A stretch of DNA of 64,000 nt from Candidatus Methanosuratincola verstraetei (GTDB lineage Archaea; Thermoproteota; Methanomethylicia; Methanomethylicales; Methanomethylicaceae), in the NCBI GenBank assembly GCA_049570475.1, contig CP186953.1, positions 1,184,001 to 1,248,000 of the forward strand. The letters run 5' to 3'. Position 1 is the first letter of the stretch. Every line of letters starts with the position of its first letter. Below are positions 18,497 through 28,835 of this stretch, piece after piece. The translations under genes and the position numbers were made by a program. The notes under the pieces were generated by a model, which had not been told where the DNA came from, searched no databases, and saw only the letters and a program-made list of their open reading frames with translations.

Positions 18497-20424
18497 CGTT
18501 GGACATCCTCGCTATCGTAAGTGAACTCAACTCCACCTTAATAAGCGCTCGCGTTGACAACGTATACCAAGTCGAGGGTTCCATGCTTGTATTCCGCATC
18601 CATGCCCATCCCGCATCCCGTGACCTGGTCTTCGACCCTCAGCGGAGGCTCAACCTCACGCACTTCAAGTACCCTGTGCCTGAGAGGCCTACCCCGACTG
18701 CGGTGAACCTGCGGCGATACCTGGCTGGAGCCAAGGTGCTGAGGTTCGAGCAGCTCGACTTTGACCGTATAGCCATAATGGTGTTGGATAGGGGTGGCGA
18801 ACAGTACTCGGCGTACTTCGAGATCTTCGGTGACGGGAATCTTCTCATAACTGACAAGGACGGCGTGATCAGGTTCGCCCTCCACCAGCGGGAGATGAAG
18901 GACAGAGTGCTCAGGGTCGGAGTGCCGTACAAGCCGCCCCCGAGGCGGGGCCTCGATGTTGCCCTTGATCAAATCCCGTTCGGGGATTTGAAAGCCTCTA
19001 AGCACCCCGTCTCCAGGGCGCTCACCAGGGTCCTCAACCTCCCCTCCGAGCTCGTCGAGGAGGGCCTCGCAAGGTCAGGCGTACCTCCTGATCGCCCCTC
19101 GGACGCCGTGACGGAAGCCGAGATCGCCGCCTTCAGGTCTTCCGTCCTCTCTGTCCTTGAGGAGGTCCGATCGGGGAGGCTGAAGCCCACGATAATCGAT
19201 CAGGGCGGGAAGCCGTACACTGTCGTACCTGTGGATTTCGTGTCGATCGCGGGCGATCGTCGGCATTTCAGCACATTCAACGAGGCAGCCGACGTCTACT
19301 TCGGGGGGATCGTCCTTGAGCAGGCAGGCGACAGGCGGAAGGCGAGGGTCGAGGAGGAGATAAAGGGCCTCGAGGCGATCAGGTCGAGGCAGCTTGAACA
19401 CATAGCCGAGCTTGAGAAGCGGCGGGCAGAGTCGTTGGAGAAGGGGAAGCTAATCATGGCAAACCTCCCCGCCTTCCAGTCGCTCGTAAATCGGGTGCTG
19501 AGGGAGAGGAGATCGGGGACGGACTGGGGATCGATACGGTCTCTCGACTCCAACATAAGGGAGGTAGACGGGGCGGCGGGTACCCTCGTCTACTCGATCG
19601 GCGGGAAAGAATTGGTGATAGACTTCAAGCTCTCTGCTGCGGAAAATGCAGAGCGCTACTTCTCGGAGTCGAAGGAGGCATCGCGGAAGCTGGAGGGGCT
19701 CAGGAAGGCCCTCGAGGAGAGCGAAAGGAAGATCGAGGAGGCTAAGAAGGGTCTCTTGGCGATACCCAAGCCGACCTTCCTGAGGGCGATGAGCAAGGAG
19801 TGGTACGAGAAGTTCAGGTGGATGTACTCTTCGGACGGGTTCCTGATCATAGGCGGCAAGGACGCTAGCCAGAATGAGATCCTGGTGAAGAAGCACTTGG
19901 AACCTACTGACATCTTCGCCCACGCAGACCTCCCTGGCGGCTCCGTGGTGGTGGTCAAGTCCGGGGGCAAGGAGATCCCGGATAGGACAAAGGCTGAGGC
20001 TGCCGCATTCGCTGTGGCATTCTCCAGGGCATGGAAGGCGGGCATAGGCGTCGCTGACGGATACTGGGTACGCCCTGACCAGGTCACCAAGGCGCCCCCC
20101 TCAGGGGAGTACCTTGGCAAGGGGGCATTCATGATATACGGGGAGAGGAACTATGTGAGGAACATCCCGCTCGAGATCCAGATCGGGATCATCCTCTCAG
20201 ATGGCGAGTACAAGGTGATCGCTGGCGTAGGCGAATTCGTCCGCTCAAGGGCAAGCCTTTGGGTGAGCCTCAGGCCCGGCGAGCTGGAGGGAAAGCGCCT
20301 TGCCTTGGCAATAAAGGATAGGCTGGGGAGGCAGGCGGGTCTCGACTTGAAGGAAAAGGTTGCCGCCATCCCCGAGTCAGACATACTGAACGTGATCCCC
20401 CCAGGCGGGTGCGCCCTGATCTGA
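18478..20424 (+). CDS. rqcH: Ribosome quality-control protein RqcH/NEMF (NFACT family)
   Basis: MTSLD, FDRI, WYEKFRW, GKDASQNEILVKK, HAD, GEYLGKGAFMIYGERNY. Confidence 0.92.
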   Translation: MKSGMTSLDILAIVSELNSTLISARVDNVYQVEGSMLVFRIHAHPASRDLVFDPQRRLNLTHFKYPVPERPTPTAVNLRRYLAGAKVLRFEQLDFDRIAIMVLDRGGEQYSAYFEIFGDGNLLITDKDGVIRFALHQREMKDRVLRVGVPYKPPPRRGLDVALDQIPFGDLKASKHPVSRALTRVLNLPSELVEEGLARSGVPPDRPSDAVTEAEIAAFRSSVLSVLEEVRSGRLKPTIIDQGGKPYTVVPVDFVSIAGDRRHFSTFNEAADVYFGGIVLEQAGDRRKARVEEEIKGLEAIRSRQLEHIAELEKRRAESLEKGKLIMANLPAFQSLVNRVLRERRSGTDWGSIRSLDSNIREVDGAAGTLVYSIGGKELVIDFKLSAAENAERYFSESKEASRKLEGLRKALEESERKIEEAKKGLLAIPKPTFLRAMSKEWYEKFRWMYSSDGFLIIGGKDASQNEILVKKHLEPTDIFAHADLPGGSVVVVKSGGKEIPDRTKAEAAAFAVAFSRAWKAGIGVADGYWVRPDQVTKAPPSGEYLGKGAFMIYGERNYVRNIPLEIQIGIILSDGEYKVIAGVGEFVRSRASLWVSLRPGELEGKRLALAIKDRLGRQAGLDLKEKVAAIPESDILNVIPPGGCALI

Positions 20425-20509
20425 TGCGGATCGGGCCAAACGCCAACCATCCGCCGCCTTTACTATACTATAAATATCAGGAAAAACAAAGATTAAACCG
20501 GGGCTATAA

Positions 20510-21064
20510 ATGGTCGGCATCCGAGCTCGAGTTCTAGTTGCTGATGTGATGACCAGGGACCTCGTGACGCTCTCAGAGACATCAACCGCGAAAGAAGTTG
20601 CTGTTGCGATGAGCGGAAAGTCTGTCGGCTCAGTGGTGATCACCAAGGAAGGGCACCCTTCGGGAATAATCACGGAGAAGGACCTGGTTGAGCGGGTGAT
20701 CGCACGAGGGAGGGACCCTGAAAGGACCCTTGCGAGGGAAATCATGTCATCGCCTGTTTCCGTGATAGACCCCAGGGCAGATGCGATGGAGGCGGCGAGG
20801 AAGATGGCGAAGCTCGGCATAAGGCGCCTTGTAGTCGTAGACAAGGGGAAGATGGTGGGCATAGTGACTTCGAGGGACATACTCTCCACGGCGCCTGAGC
20901 TGATGGAAGTGCTCGCCGATGCTGCCAGGAACAGGATCATGCCATCGAAGAAGGGGGAGAGCATGGCCGGCTTCTGCGACAACTGCGAGGAATGGTCTGA
21001 GAGCCTGGAGGAGGTAGATGGGCACTTCCTCTGCGAGGTCTGCAGGAACGATATGGCGCCATGA
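20510..21064 (+). CDS. CBS-pair protein with C-terminal Zn ribbon
   Basis: GIITEKD, GIVTSRD; CDNC...CEVC. Confidence 0.88.
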   Translation: MVGIRARVLVADVMTRDLVTLSETSTAKEVAVAMSGKSVGSVVITKEGHPSGIITEKDLVERVIARGRDPERTLAREIMSSPVSVIDPRADAMEAARKMAKLGIRRLVVVDKGKMVGIVTSRDILSTAPELMEVLADAARNRIMPSKKGESMAGFCDNCEEWSESLEEVDGHFLCEVCRNDMAP

Positions 21065-21161
21065 TCGATCGACATGCGCGTCTGCGCCTTTGGGAGCGCT
21101 GAGTGGGGAACCATTCGGATATGGGATGCCGTTATAGCCGCTGGCGGAGGTAGTTGGAAAT

Positions 21162-22004
21162 ATGAAAGTTGGCGAATTGATGCGAAGTCCAGTTGTTACA
21201 GTCTCGAAAAACGACACTGTTGCGAGGGCAAGGAATTTGATGCTGAGGGAGATGGTGAGCAGGCTGGTAGTTGTGGAAGGGAATTCCCCCACGGGGATCC
21301 TGACCAAGAAGGACCTCGTGAGGGACTTGGCCAGCTACAAGATGCGCAACAGGGAGTTGGATTCGATAATGGTCCTTGAAATCATGAGGACCCCTGTGAA
21401 GGTGATCCAGGAAAGCGCGAGTGTGGAGGAGGCTGCGAAAGCGATGGTCAAGGCTAACATAAGGGGGCTTCCGGTGGTGGACTCGGGCGGCAGCCTGGTC
21501 GGGATAATAACCAAGACAGACATTACTTCGTATTACTTGCAGACGCAAAAAGGGGCGCATACTGTGGGGGAGATCGCAAGGAAGATTGATCAGACCCCAG
21601 TCGTTAAGAGGACGCATTCATTCTACCGGGTGGTGGACATGATGGAGGAGTATTCTGCCGACCGGGTCATTGTCGAGGAGGGCGGGAGGCCTGTCGGGAT
21701 CATAACCGAAACAGACCTGTCGTTCCTCAGGCCATACAGGGGATCCGAGCCCTTCATCAAGGGAACCGCAATGAAGTCTGAGGAACCTTGGCCGACAAGG
21801 CTCTACCAGCTCCCGACAGCGGAGTCGTTGATGACTGTTGAGCCAATCACTGTCGAAGCAGACCAAGACGCAGCCGAGGCCGCGAGTGCGCTCCTGGAGA
21901 ACGGCATAGGCGGGATGCCCGTGGTCAACAAAGAATATGAGCTGGTCGGGATGATCACGAAATTCGACTTTGTGAAGGCGATAGCGAGGGAGGGATCTGC
22001 ATGA
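21162..22004 (+). CDS. Four-CBS-domain protein
   Basis: GILTKKD, GIITKTD, GIITETD, GMITKFD. Confidence 0.88.
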   Translation: MKVGELMRSPVVTVSKNDTVARARNLMLREMVSRLVVVEGNSPTGILTKKDLVRDLASYKMRNRELDSIMVLEIMRTPVKVIQESASVEEAAKAMVKANIRGLPVVDSGGSLVGIITKTDITSYYLQTQKGAHTVGEIARKIDQTPVVKRTHSFYRVVDMMEEYSADRVIVEEGGRPVGIITETDLSFLRPYRGSEPFIKGTAMKSEEPWPTRLYQLPTAESLMTVEPITVEADQDAAEAASALLENGIGGMPVVNKEYELVGMITKFDFVKAIAREGSA

Positions 22005-22804
22005 AACTGACCGACATAGCAACGAAGGACGCGCCAGCCTTGAACAAGAACCGGCCCCTGCTGGACGCCTTGGACTTGATGGACAAGCAAGGGCTGGAGA
22101 GCATATGCGTCTCGGACGACGGCAAGATTGTGGGCTACCTCTCATACGCCGACATACTGACTAAGATAGGGACCCAGCGGCTGAGGGCAGTCTCGCCGGG
22201 GTCGCTCTACATCTCCGGATTCATGAGCAGTTTCCCAGCCACCGTCTCGAACGACACATCTGTGAGGAAGGCGGCTAAGCTGATGTTGGAGCTGAATGCC
22301 GACCTTCTGCCGATGTTCTATGGGGATATGTTCTTGGGCGCCGTCTACAGATCGAGCTTGGTGAAGGCAGTGCAGGACAGGGAAGTGGACACGGCCCAAC
22401 TCATGCGGAGGAAATTCCCGTCTGTCAGATCCAGCGATCGCGCAATACACGCAAGGAAGCTCATTTTGGAAAGCGGGACCCCAGTGATCCCGGTTCTCAA
22501 CGATGACGGTCGGTACCTTGGCGCAGTGACAAGGGGGGCCCTCCTCAAGGCGCTCGTGGACTTCCACATGTATGTCCCGGAGAAGCACCAGAAGGCTAGG
22601 ATAAGGCAACTCTCTATCTCAAACGTGATGAAGGTTGACTACCCGTCGATTGGCGAGGAGTCCACCCTGGGGGATGCAGTAAGGAAGATCTTGGCCGAGC
22701 GGTGCCCTGGCGTTGTCGTTGTGAACGGCCTCAGCCCCGTCGGGATAGTCACGACGGACGAGATCCTCGCCTTCATCGTCAACACATTCCCAGAGGAGCA
22801 ATAG
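22001..22804 (+). CDS. Four-CBS-domain protein (divergent)
   Basis: GYLSYAD, GAVTRG, GIVTTDE; ATGA overlap with the upstream gene. Confidence 0.8.
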   Translation: MKLTDIATKDAPALNKNRPLLDALDLMDKQGLESICVSDDGKIVGYLSYADILTKIGTQRLRAVSPGSLYISGFMSSFPATVSNDTSVRKAAKLMLELNADLLPMFYGDMFLGAVYRSSLVKAVQDREVDTAQLMRRKFPSVRSSDRAIHARKLILESGTPVIPVLNDDGRYLGAVTRGALLKALVDFHMYVPEKHQKARIRQLSISNVMKVDYPSIGEESTLGDAVRKILAERCPGVVVVNGLSPVGIVTTDEILAFIVNTFPEEQ

Positions 22805-22806
22805 GA

Positions 22807-23238
22807 TTGCGGTTCGTCGCCGATGCGATGCTCGGCAAGCTTGCAAGGTGGCTGAGGATCATCGGCTACGACACCGAGTACCTGCCCTCGGCTGGGGACG
22901 ACGAGCTTATATCCGCCGCCGAGGGCGGTGGGCGCCTCCTCCTCACCAGGGACAGCGAGCTCTTCAGGCGGGCCGTGAGGCGTGGCGTCCCCGCCATCCT
23001 GATAAAGTCCACAACAATAGTCGGGGAGCTGTCTGAGATCGCCCGCACACTAGGGCTCAAGCCTTCTGGGGAGACCAGGTGCCCCCTCTGCAACGCGCTC
23101 CTGGTCGAGGGCGGGGAGGGCCAGGGCGTGCCGGCGAGGGGAGAGATCTGGGAGTGCCCCAGGTGCAGAAAGTTTTATTGGCACGGCACCCACTGGTTGA
23201 AGATAAACGAGACTCTTGAAGCCTCTGGCTTAAGGTGA
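22807..23238 (+). CDS. Mut7-C (DUF82) PIN-like RNase domain protein
   Basis: RFVADAMLGKLARWLR..GYDT, LLTRD, RCPLCN, CPRCRKFYWHGTHW; TTG start. Confidence 0.88.
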   Translation: MRFVADAMLGKLARWLRIIGYDTEYLPSAGDDELISAAEGGGRLLLTRDSELFRRAVRRGVPAILIKSTTIVGELSEIARTLGLKPSGETRCPLCNALLVEGGEGQGVPARGEIWECPRCRKFYWHGTHWLKINETLEASGLR

Positions 23239-23852
23239 GCCGATTGTACTCAATTGATGAAGGGCGATATCTGGTAAAGCTGGCAAGGCGTGCGGTCGAG
23301 GAGTATATCTCCACAGGCACGAAGATAAGGCCGACAGACGTGCCCGACCAAAAGCTGCTCGAAAAGTCTGGCGTATTCGTAACGCTGGAAAAAGTCACCC
23401 CTGCAGGTCGCTCGCTTAGGGGCTGCATCGGCTACCCCGTACCGCACCTCCCGCTTGTGGAGGCGACGGTTGACTCGGCGATCAGTGCGGCATTCAACGA
23501 CCCGAGGTTCCCTCCTGTTGAGCGACGGGAACTCGACTCGATAGTCTTCGAGGTAAGCATATTGACCCCTCCCGTCCAGGTCAAGGTATCCTCCCCGAAG
23601 GAACTTCCATCAAGCATAAAGGTCGGGAGGGACGGGCTGATCGTGGAGAACGGGTACTACAGGGGGCTGTTGCTGCCGCAGGTCCCTGTGGAGTATGGCT
23701 GGGACGAGGAGACCTTCCTCGCCGAGTGCTGCATGAAGGCTGGTCTCCCGCCGGACGCTTGGCTGTCCAGAAAGACTTTTGTCTACAGATTCACAGCAGA
23801 GATCTTCACAGAGTCGTCGCCCAACGGCGAGGTAGTCCAGAAGTCCCTATAG
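23235..23852 (+). CDS. AMMECR1-domain protein (TIGR00296-like)
   Basis: GVFVTL, LRGCIG, DPRF, EVSILT, GLLLPQV, CMKAGL. Confidence 0.92.
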   Translation: MSRLYSIDEGRYLVKLARRAVEEYISTGTKIRPTDVPDQKLLEKSGVFVTLEKVTPAGRSLRGCIGYPVPHLPLVEATVDSAISAAFNDPRFPPVERRELDSIVFEVSILTPPVQVKVSSPKELPSSIKVGRDGLIVENGYYRGLLLPQVPVEYGWDEETFLAECCMKAGLPPDAWLSRKTFVYRFTAEIFTESSPNGEVVQKSL

Positions 23853-23863
23853 GTCGCCTGCCC

Positions 23864-25057
23864 ATGAGAGTCTACTTTGCGCCCTGCGGGATCGCACTCG
23901 GGCATGCAGGTAGGTGCATCCCCGTTGCGAAGGCGCTGAGGTCCATTGGGGACGAGATCTTCTTCTCTACATACGGAGAGGCAGTCCAGTTCGTCAAGAA
24001 AGCGTCATTCCCTGTCGGCGTGGTGCCCCCCATCAGGGTATTCGAGAAAGAGGACGGGGAATTCGACTTCCGCAGGACGCTCTCGATCGGACCGAAGAAC
24101 CTGTACACATTCGCATTGCAGGTAGGCGCAGAGCTCTCGCTGATTGAGCATTTCAAGCCGGACGTGGTCGTGTCGGACAGCCGCCTCTCAACGGTCTTGG
24201 CCTCGAGGATGAGGAGGATCGTTTCGGTGCTGATCCTGCACCAGCTCAGAATCATGATACCCCACAAGAGACCAATCGTGCGCAAGTCGAAGCTCAGGGT
24301 GAAGGCAAATGTGGAGCGCCTCGGTCTCGAGATCCTCGGGAGCCTCTGGAAGATGAGCCGGGTGATCGTCGTGCCTGATTTCCCCCCTCCCTACACCATC
24401 GCTAAGGCGAATGTGGTGCCATCTAACCAATACATCGAGAAGCTAAGGCTTGTCGGGCCAGTGATCCCCAAGCACCCCGATGATCTGCCGGAACAGGAGG
24501 AGCTGAAGCGTTCCCTAGGGTTCGACGACCGCCCACTCATATTTGCTGCGATAAGCGGTACCAAGGCCGAGAAGCTGATGATCACCAAGACGATCTCAGA
24601 GATCTTTCGGGGGTTCCCTGACCGATACAACATCGTCCTCTCCAGAGGGCTCTCCGATGTGCCAAACACCGAGACGAAGTTGAACGGAGGGCGCCTCCGT
24701 ATATACAACTGGGTCGATGACCGCTACAAGTACCTGAAGGCATGCGACCTGCTAGTCACAAGGGGAGGGCACAACACCGTCGGCGAGGCCATATACTACG
24801 GGAAGCCCATGGTCGTAATCCCGACTATCGCGCACTCAGAGCACCAGGGGATAGCGGAGTCCGTTGAGAAGATGGAGATCGGCAGGAAGATCCAGCAGTA
24901 CGATCTGAGCAAGGAGACGCTCTGCCGTGCAGTAGATGAGGTCATGAACTCAGAGTCCTGCTTGAGGAGCGTCAGGGCCGCCCAGCGGTTTGCGAGGCGC
25001 TTCAACGCAATAGACTCGATTGTAAAAATCACCCGGGAAGTGGCTGGAAAGGGCTGA
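23864..25057 (+). CDS. GT-B glycosyltransferase (family 28 / MurG-like)
   Basis: GIALGHAGR, PDVVVSD, VTRGGHNTVGEA...GKP, HSEH. Confidence 0.85.
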   Translation: MRVYFAPCGIALGHAGRCIPVAKALRSIGDEIFFSTYGEAVQFVKKASFPVGVVPPIRVFEKEDGEFDFRRTLSIGPKNLYTFALQVGAELSLIEHFKPDVVVSDSRLSTVLASRMRRIVSVLILHQLRIMIPHKRPIVRKSKLRVKANVERLGLEILGSLWKMSRVIVVPDFPPPYTIAKANVVPSNQYIEKLRLVGPVIPKHPDDLPEQEELKRSLGFDDRPLIFAAISGTKAEKLMITKTISEIFRGFPDRYNIVLSRGLSDVPNTETKLNGGRLRIYNWVDDRYKYLKACDLLVTRGGHNTVGEAIYYGKPMVVIPTIAHSEHQGIAESVEKMEIGRKIQQYDLSKETLCRAVDEVMNSESCLRSVRAAQRFARRFNAIDSIVKITREVAGKG

Positions 25058-25160
25058 CACGTACTTGCAATGCAAGCCGCTCTGATTTTAGCCGCCTTGG
25101 CGTTAGGCGCAAGCCTTCAGTTCAAGCTCTATATGGGCTGTGCAAAAAAGGGAGGATTTT

Positions 25161-25409
25161 CTAGATGGATATGAGGGTCGCGCTTCTGAGCAGCCCTTCG
25201 ATCCTCCTGATCTCCTCGACCCTCTTGCTGAGCTCCTTTACATCAGTGGTCTGTATCTTGACGATTATGTCATACTCGCCAAATACGACCGTCCCCTCAA
25301 CTACGCCTTTGATTCCGAGGCACTTCTCGAGGACCTCCCTCTCCTTGCCGATCTGGCAGACCCCCAAAACATAGGCTGTGAAAACCAAAATTATTCCTCC
25401 AATATGCAC
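25161..25409 (-). CDS. Stand-alone Lrp/AsnC ligand-binding (RAM) domain protein
   Basis: AYVL...GKEREV, VFGEYDIIVKI, IRRIEG. Confidence 0.8.
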   Translation of the reverse strand: MHIGGIILVFTAYVLGVCQIGKEREVLEKCLGIKGVVEGTVVFGEYDIIVKIQTTDVKELSKRVEEIRRIEGLLRSATLISI

Positions 25410-25440
25410 TTATTATTCTACATTTTACCTTTTATAAAGG

Positions 25441-26646
25441 TTGGGCATTTATTTTGAAGGTTTGCCACCAATGCTTATCTGGATGGAGCCCGATTGTGAT
25501 TTTATGATCCTGCCTGCCTTGGTCGCACTCCTGCTCGTGCAGGGATCTGGATCGGTCTACTCCTACAACCTGTCGATCACGGTAGTGAATGGAGGGGCAG
25601 CCATTGACTGCGCAGATGAGTACAGCCCATGCCACGCGCTCCTCAACCAGAACATTTTCAAGAACAGCTCGGGACAGACGGCAGTAATCGAGTCGGTGAC
25701 GATGAATGGGGCCGACGTGCCTTGGGAGATAAAAACGGACCCGGACGGCAACCCAGTGATAAAGATAATTGCTGCCGACCCGATCCTGCCGAACCGGAAC
25801 GCGACCGTAGTGATGCGATTCAGGATCAACATAGACCGGAGCCCGCCCGAGGTCGATCCAGCCCTCTCCGGGACGCTCGCTGAAATCCCCCCGCAGCTCA
25901 AGGCGATGTACCCTCTCACCGGGATCTGGGATCCATCTGGTCTTGAGGACCCCGATGAAGTCTTCGGGCTAGCCGAATCGATCAGGGCCGGGGAGGATAA
26001 CGTTCTCCTGATCCTGCGCAACCTTATGATCTGGTTCGAGGAGAACATGGTCTACTCATACAACAACACGACTCCCCAGACAGTCTGGAAAACCTATAAA
26101 GGGCTCAGCGGCGACTGCGACGACCAGGCGAACCTTTTCGTCCTGTTCTGCAGGATCTACGGCATACCTGCCTACACTGCAATCGGTCCGATATACATGC
26201 CCGGCGAGGAGCGATCGGATTCGGACCACAACCTCCATTTCCACACAAAGGATGTGGGATGGCATGGCTGGGCAATGGTCTACGTGCCGAGTCGGGTGGG
26301 AGACGGCAACTGGGTTCCAGTGGACCTCACATACTTCCAAGGAGGAGTGCAGAGGGGCGGGCACATTGTCAGCGCGGACTGGAGGCAGCACATCCTCGGC
26401 GCCGCACTCTACTGGAGGGACACTGCCGTCTTCATAGAGTACAAAAACTACGACCACATTTCGGAATACGCCCGAATGAGGGACGCGATTATCAGCTCTG
26501 ACTGCCTGTGGGTGGAGTCACATCAAATGTCCCCTGTAGTCGGTCCTGCTTACGCGGAATTTTTATCCCCGCCCATCCTGGTTGCTCTCGTTGCGTCGGC
26601 TGCATTGCTCGCGTTCTCGGCATGGATTCTGTGGAGGCGCCGGTAG
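25441..26646 (+). CDS. Membrane-anchored transglutaminase-like (Cys-His-Asp) protein; start uncertain
   Basis: GDCDDQA, WHGW, WVPVDLT; N-terminal signal-like stretch; C-terminal TM followed by RRR. Confidence 0.8.
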   Translation: MGIYFEGLPPMLIWMEPDCDFMILPALVALLLVQGSGSVYSYNLSITVVNGGAAIDCADEYSPCHALLNQNIFKNSSGQTAVIESVTMNGADVPWEIKTDPDGNPVIKIIAADPILPNRNATVVMRFRINIDRSPPEVDPALSGTLAEIPPQLKAMYPLTGIWDPSGLEDPDEVFGLAESIRAGEDNVLLILRNLMIWFEENMVYSYNNTTPQTVWKTYKGLSGDCDDQANLFVLFCRIYGIPAYTAIGPIYMPGEERSDSDHNLHFHTKDVGWHGWAMVYVPSRVGDGNWVPVDLTYFQGGVQRGGHIVSADWRQHILGAALYWRDTAVFIEYKNYDHISEYARMRDAIISSDCLWVESHQMSPVVGPAYAEFLSPPILVALVASAALLAFSAWILWRRR

Positions 26647-26721
26647 GGCTGATGTGGTTGGGCAACCGATCCTCAGGTGCCCATGGAAATCCTTTTCTAC
26701 CATACAGCAAGAGTATTAAGC

Positions 26722-27261
26722 ATGGAATCCCCGGAGAACAGAAAGAAGGATCTTTGCGAATTTTACCACCGGCTCCTCTGCCCGAGGGTAGCTGCGCTCG
26801 TGGTTGCGCTCAGGGAAGACGGCAAGCCGAACGTGATGCCGGTTGCCTGGCACACCCCCGTTTCAGTCAGGCCCCCGATCTTGGCGGTTTGCATCTCCCC
26901 ATCCAGGTACACCCACTCACTGATCCTGAAGAACAAAGAGTTCACGGTCAACATTCCCGACCTCTCGATGAAGGATGCCGTCGAGATAACAGGCTCAAAG
27001 TCCGGAAAGGTCTTCGACAAGTCGTCGATCTTCAAGTTCACCCCTGCCACCAAGGTAAATACGCCTTTGATAGAAGGCGCCTTAGCGAGCATAGAGTGCG
27101 AGCTGAACCAGGCGATTGACATCGGCGACCATTCAGTGGTTTTCGGAAACGTCGTTGCCTGCCAAGCATCTGGATTCCGCGAGGTCTGGAAGGGCACCTC
27201 CCCGCTTCTGCATCTCGGATCAAACTTCTACACTGTGATTAAGGAAGGCTTCTTGAGGTAA
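26722..27261 (+). CDS. Flavin reductase-like FMN-binding protein (DIM6/NTAB)
   Basis: PNVMPVAW, SRYTH, EFTVNIP, GSKSG, IEC, GDH. Confidence 0.88.
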   Translation: MESPENRKKDLCEFYHRLLCPRVAALVVALREDGKPNVMPVAWHTPVSVRPPILAVCISPSRYTHSLILKNKEFTVNIPDLSMKDAVEITGSKSGKVFDKSSIFKFTPATKVNTPLIEGALASIECELNQAIDIGDHSVVFGNVVACQASGFREVWKGTSPLLHLGSNFYTVIKEGFLR

Positions 27262-27291
27262 AGTGTTTGAATCTGCTTAAGCTTTATCTGC

Positions 27292-28056
27292 TTGGACCTT
27301 CTACCGTTTCACATCTGTTTGGAAGGTGATCCATTTTTGTCCGAAAGGGAAACCGAGGATCTAGCAGAACTCAAGCGATCCTTGGAGGAGAAAGTCTCCA
27401 AGCTCGAGAAGGAGCTGGCTCTCTGCAGAATCAACCTCAGACTGATCGACGAGGCTCTTGCGAAGGTGAGCTTCAGACCAGCAAGCAGGCTGGTGGAGGC
27501 AGCTCCGAAGGAGGAGTACCCGCAAGTGCAAGCAGCGGCTATGAAGCCAGCCGCACAAGAGCGCCCCGCCGCCACTGCCACTGCCCGTCCCCCGGAACCG
27601 GCACAGGCAGCCGCCCCACCGGCACCGGCGGCTGAGCCCATAACCGGCACCGGCGCGGCAAGGCCGCAGCCAGCCAAGGAACCTGAACATGGGTTCGAGG
27701 AGGAGCAGCCTTTCCCAATAAAGTCCAAGACTGGGGAGGATCTGGGGACCATATTCGTTGGGAGGTCCTGGGTCAGGATCGTCCCTGCGCCGGATCTCCA
27801 CTTGAATGTGAGGACCCCGCCGTTCCAAACTTTCTTCATTGACAGGGTGTTGGGAGAGATGAGAAGGAAGGACGAGATGGCTGTCGACGCAGGATCCAAG
27901 GATCCGATGTCGATAATAGAGCACAACCTTGTCCTCGACGGCGAGACGCTTAGGGAGATCAGGATCAGCAACCTTGACGACGACTCGCGTCTCCGGGAGA
28001 TACGGAGCTCGATAAGGTGGACATTCGAGCGGATGCTTGAGAAGACGAAGGGCTGA
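27292..28056 (+). CDS. Hypothetical protein: N-terminal coiled coil, Ala/Pro-rich linker, globular C-terminal domain (start may be TTG ~27337)
   Basis: heptad pattern; AAPPAPAAEP linker; PPFQTFFIDRVL. Confidence 0.65.
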   Translation: MDLLPFHICLEGDPFLSERETEDLAELKRSLEEKVSKLEKELALCRINLRLIDEALAKVSFRPASRLVEAAPKEEYPQVQAAAMKPAAQERPAATATARPPEPAQAAAPPAPAAEPITGTGAARPQPAKEPEHGFEEEQPFPIKSKTGEDLGTIFVGRSWVRIVPAPDLHLNVRTPPFQTFFIDRVLGEMRRKDEMAVDAGSKDPMSIIEHNLVLDGETLREIRISNLDDDSRLREIRSSIRWTFERMLEKTKG

Positions 28057-28070
28057 GCTGAATCAGGCGC

Positions 28071-28736
28071 TCAACCCCTCCTGACGATCTCGACGACTTC
28101 TGGCAGCCCATCCACTATGTAATCCGGAGAGTGCGCCCTGAGCTCTTCCTCGGTCCTAACCCCGGTGGTTATCGCCGCGACCTTGACGCCGAGCTCCTTG
28201 GCTGGCTTGATGTCCATCTCGCTGTCCCCGACGACTAAAGCCTCGTTCGCGGATACGCCGAGGAGCTCAAGCACCCTCCGCAGATGGCACGGGCTTGGTT
28301 TGGGGTTCTCTACCTGGTCCCTCGAAACAACCGCGTCGAAGTAGCCCTCGACACCTAGCCTTTCCAACGCTAACCTGACTGCCTTTGAATTGTTGTAGGT
28401 GAATACCGCGAGCCTTAACCCCATCGATTTCAGCTCGGACAAAGCCTCCTTTGCCCCTGGGAGGAGCCTCGTCGTCTTGGCGGCCTCGACCTCATGCTCA
28501 ACAGCCATCCCCTCAGCTGCCCTCAGGATCTCGAGGATCTCGTCCCTGCTCATACCCTTCAAAGAGAAGTGCCTCTCGACCTCTTCCTTGATCTTGGAAA
28601 ATGGGAGGGCTGGCGATAATGCTCCGCTCGGGAACCCATTCTCCTCGAAGTACTCTATGATCTCGGACTTGATCTTCCTGCTGTCGATGTTGAAATTGAC
28701 GAGCACGCCGTCCATGTCGAAGATCACTGCCCTCAT
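28071..28736 (-). CDS. HAD-superfamily phosphatase (phosphoglycolate phosphatase-like)
   Basis: IFDMDGVL, KPSP, VGDSEMD. Confidence 0.88.
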   Translation of the reverse strand: MRAVIFDMDGVLVNFNIDSRKIKSEIIEYFEENGFPSGALSPALPFSKIKEEVERHFSLKGMSRDEILEILRAAEGMAVEHEVEAAKTTRLLPGAKEALSELKSMGLRLAVFTYNNSKAVRLALERLGVEGYFDAVVSRDQVENPKPSPCHLRRVLELLGVSANEALVVGDSEMDIKPAKELGVKVAAITTGVRTEEELRAHSPDYIVDGLPEVVEIVRRG

Positions 28737-28835
28737 TACAAACCGCACCTCGGGAAGAGCACAGACTGATTGAATAAGTACATAAAGAGTTGCCGGTTAT
28801 TAATTACTGCTGATCTTGGCAGGTGCTTGACCCTT

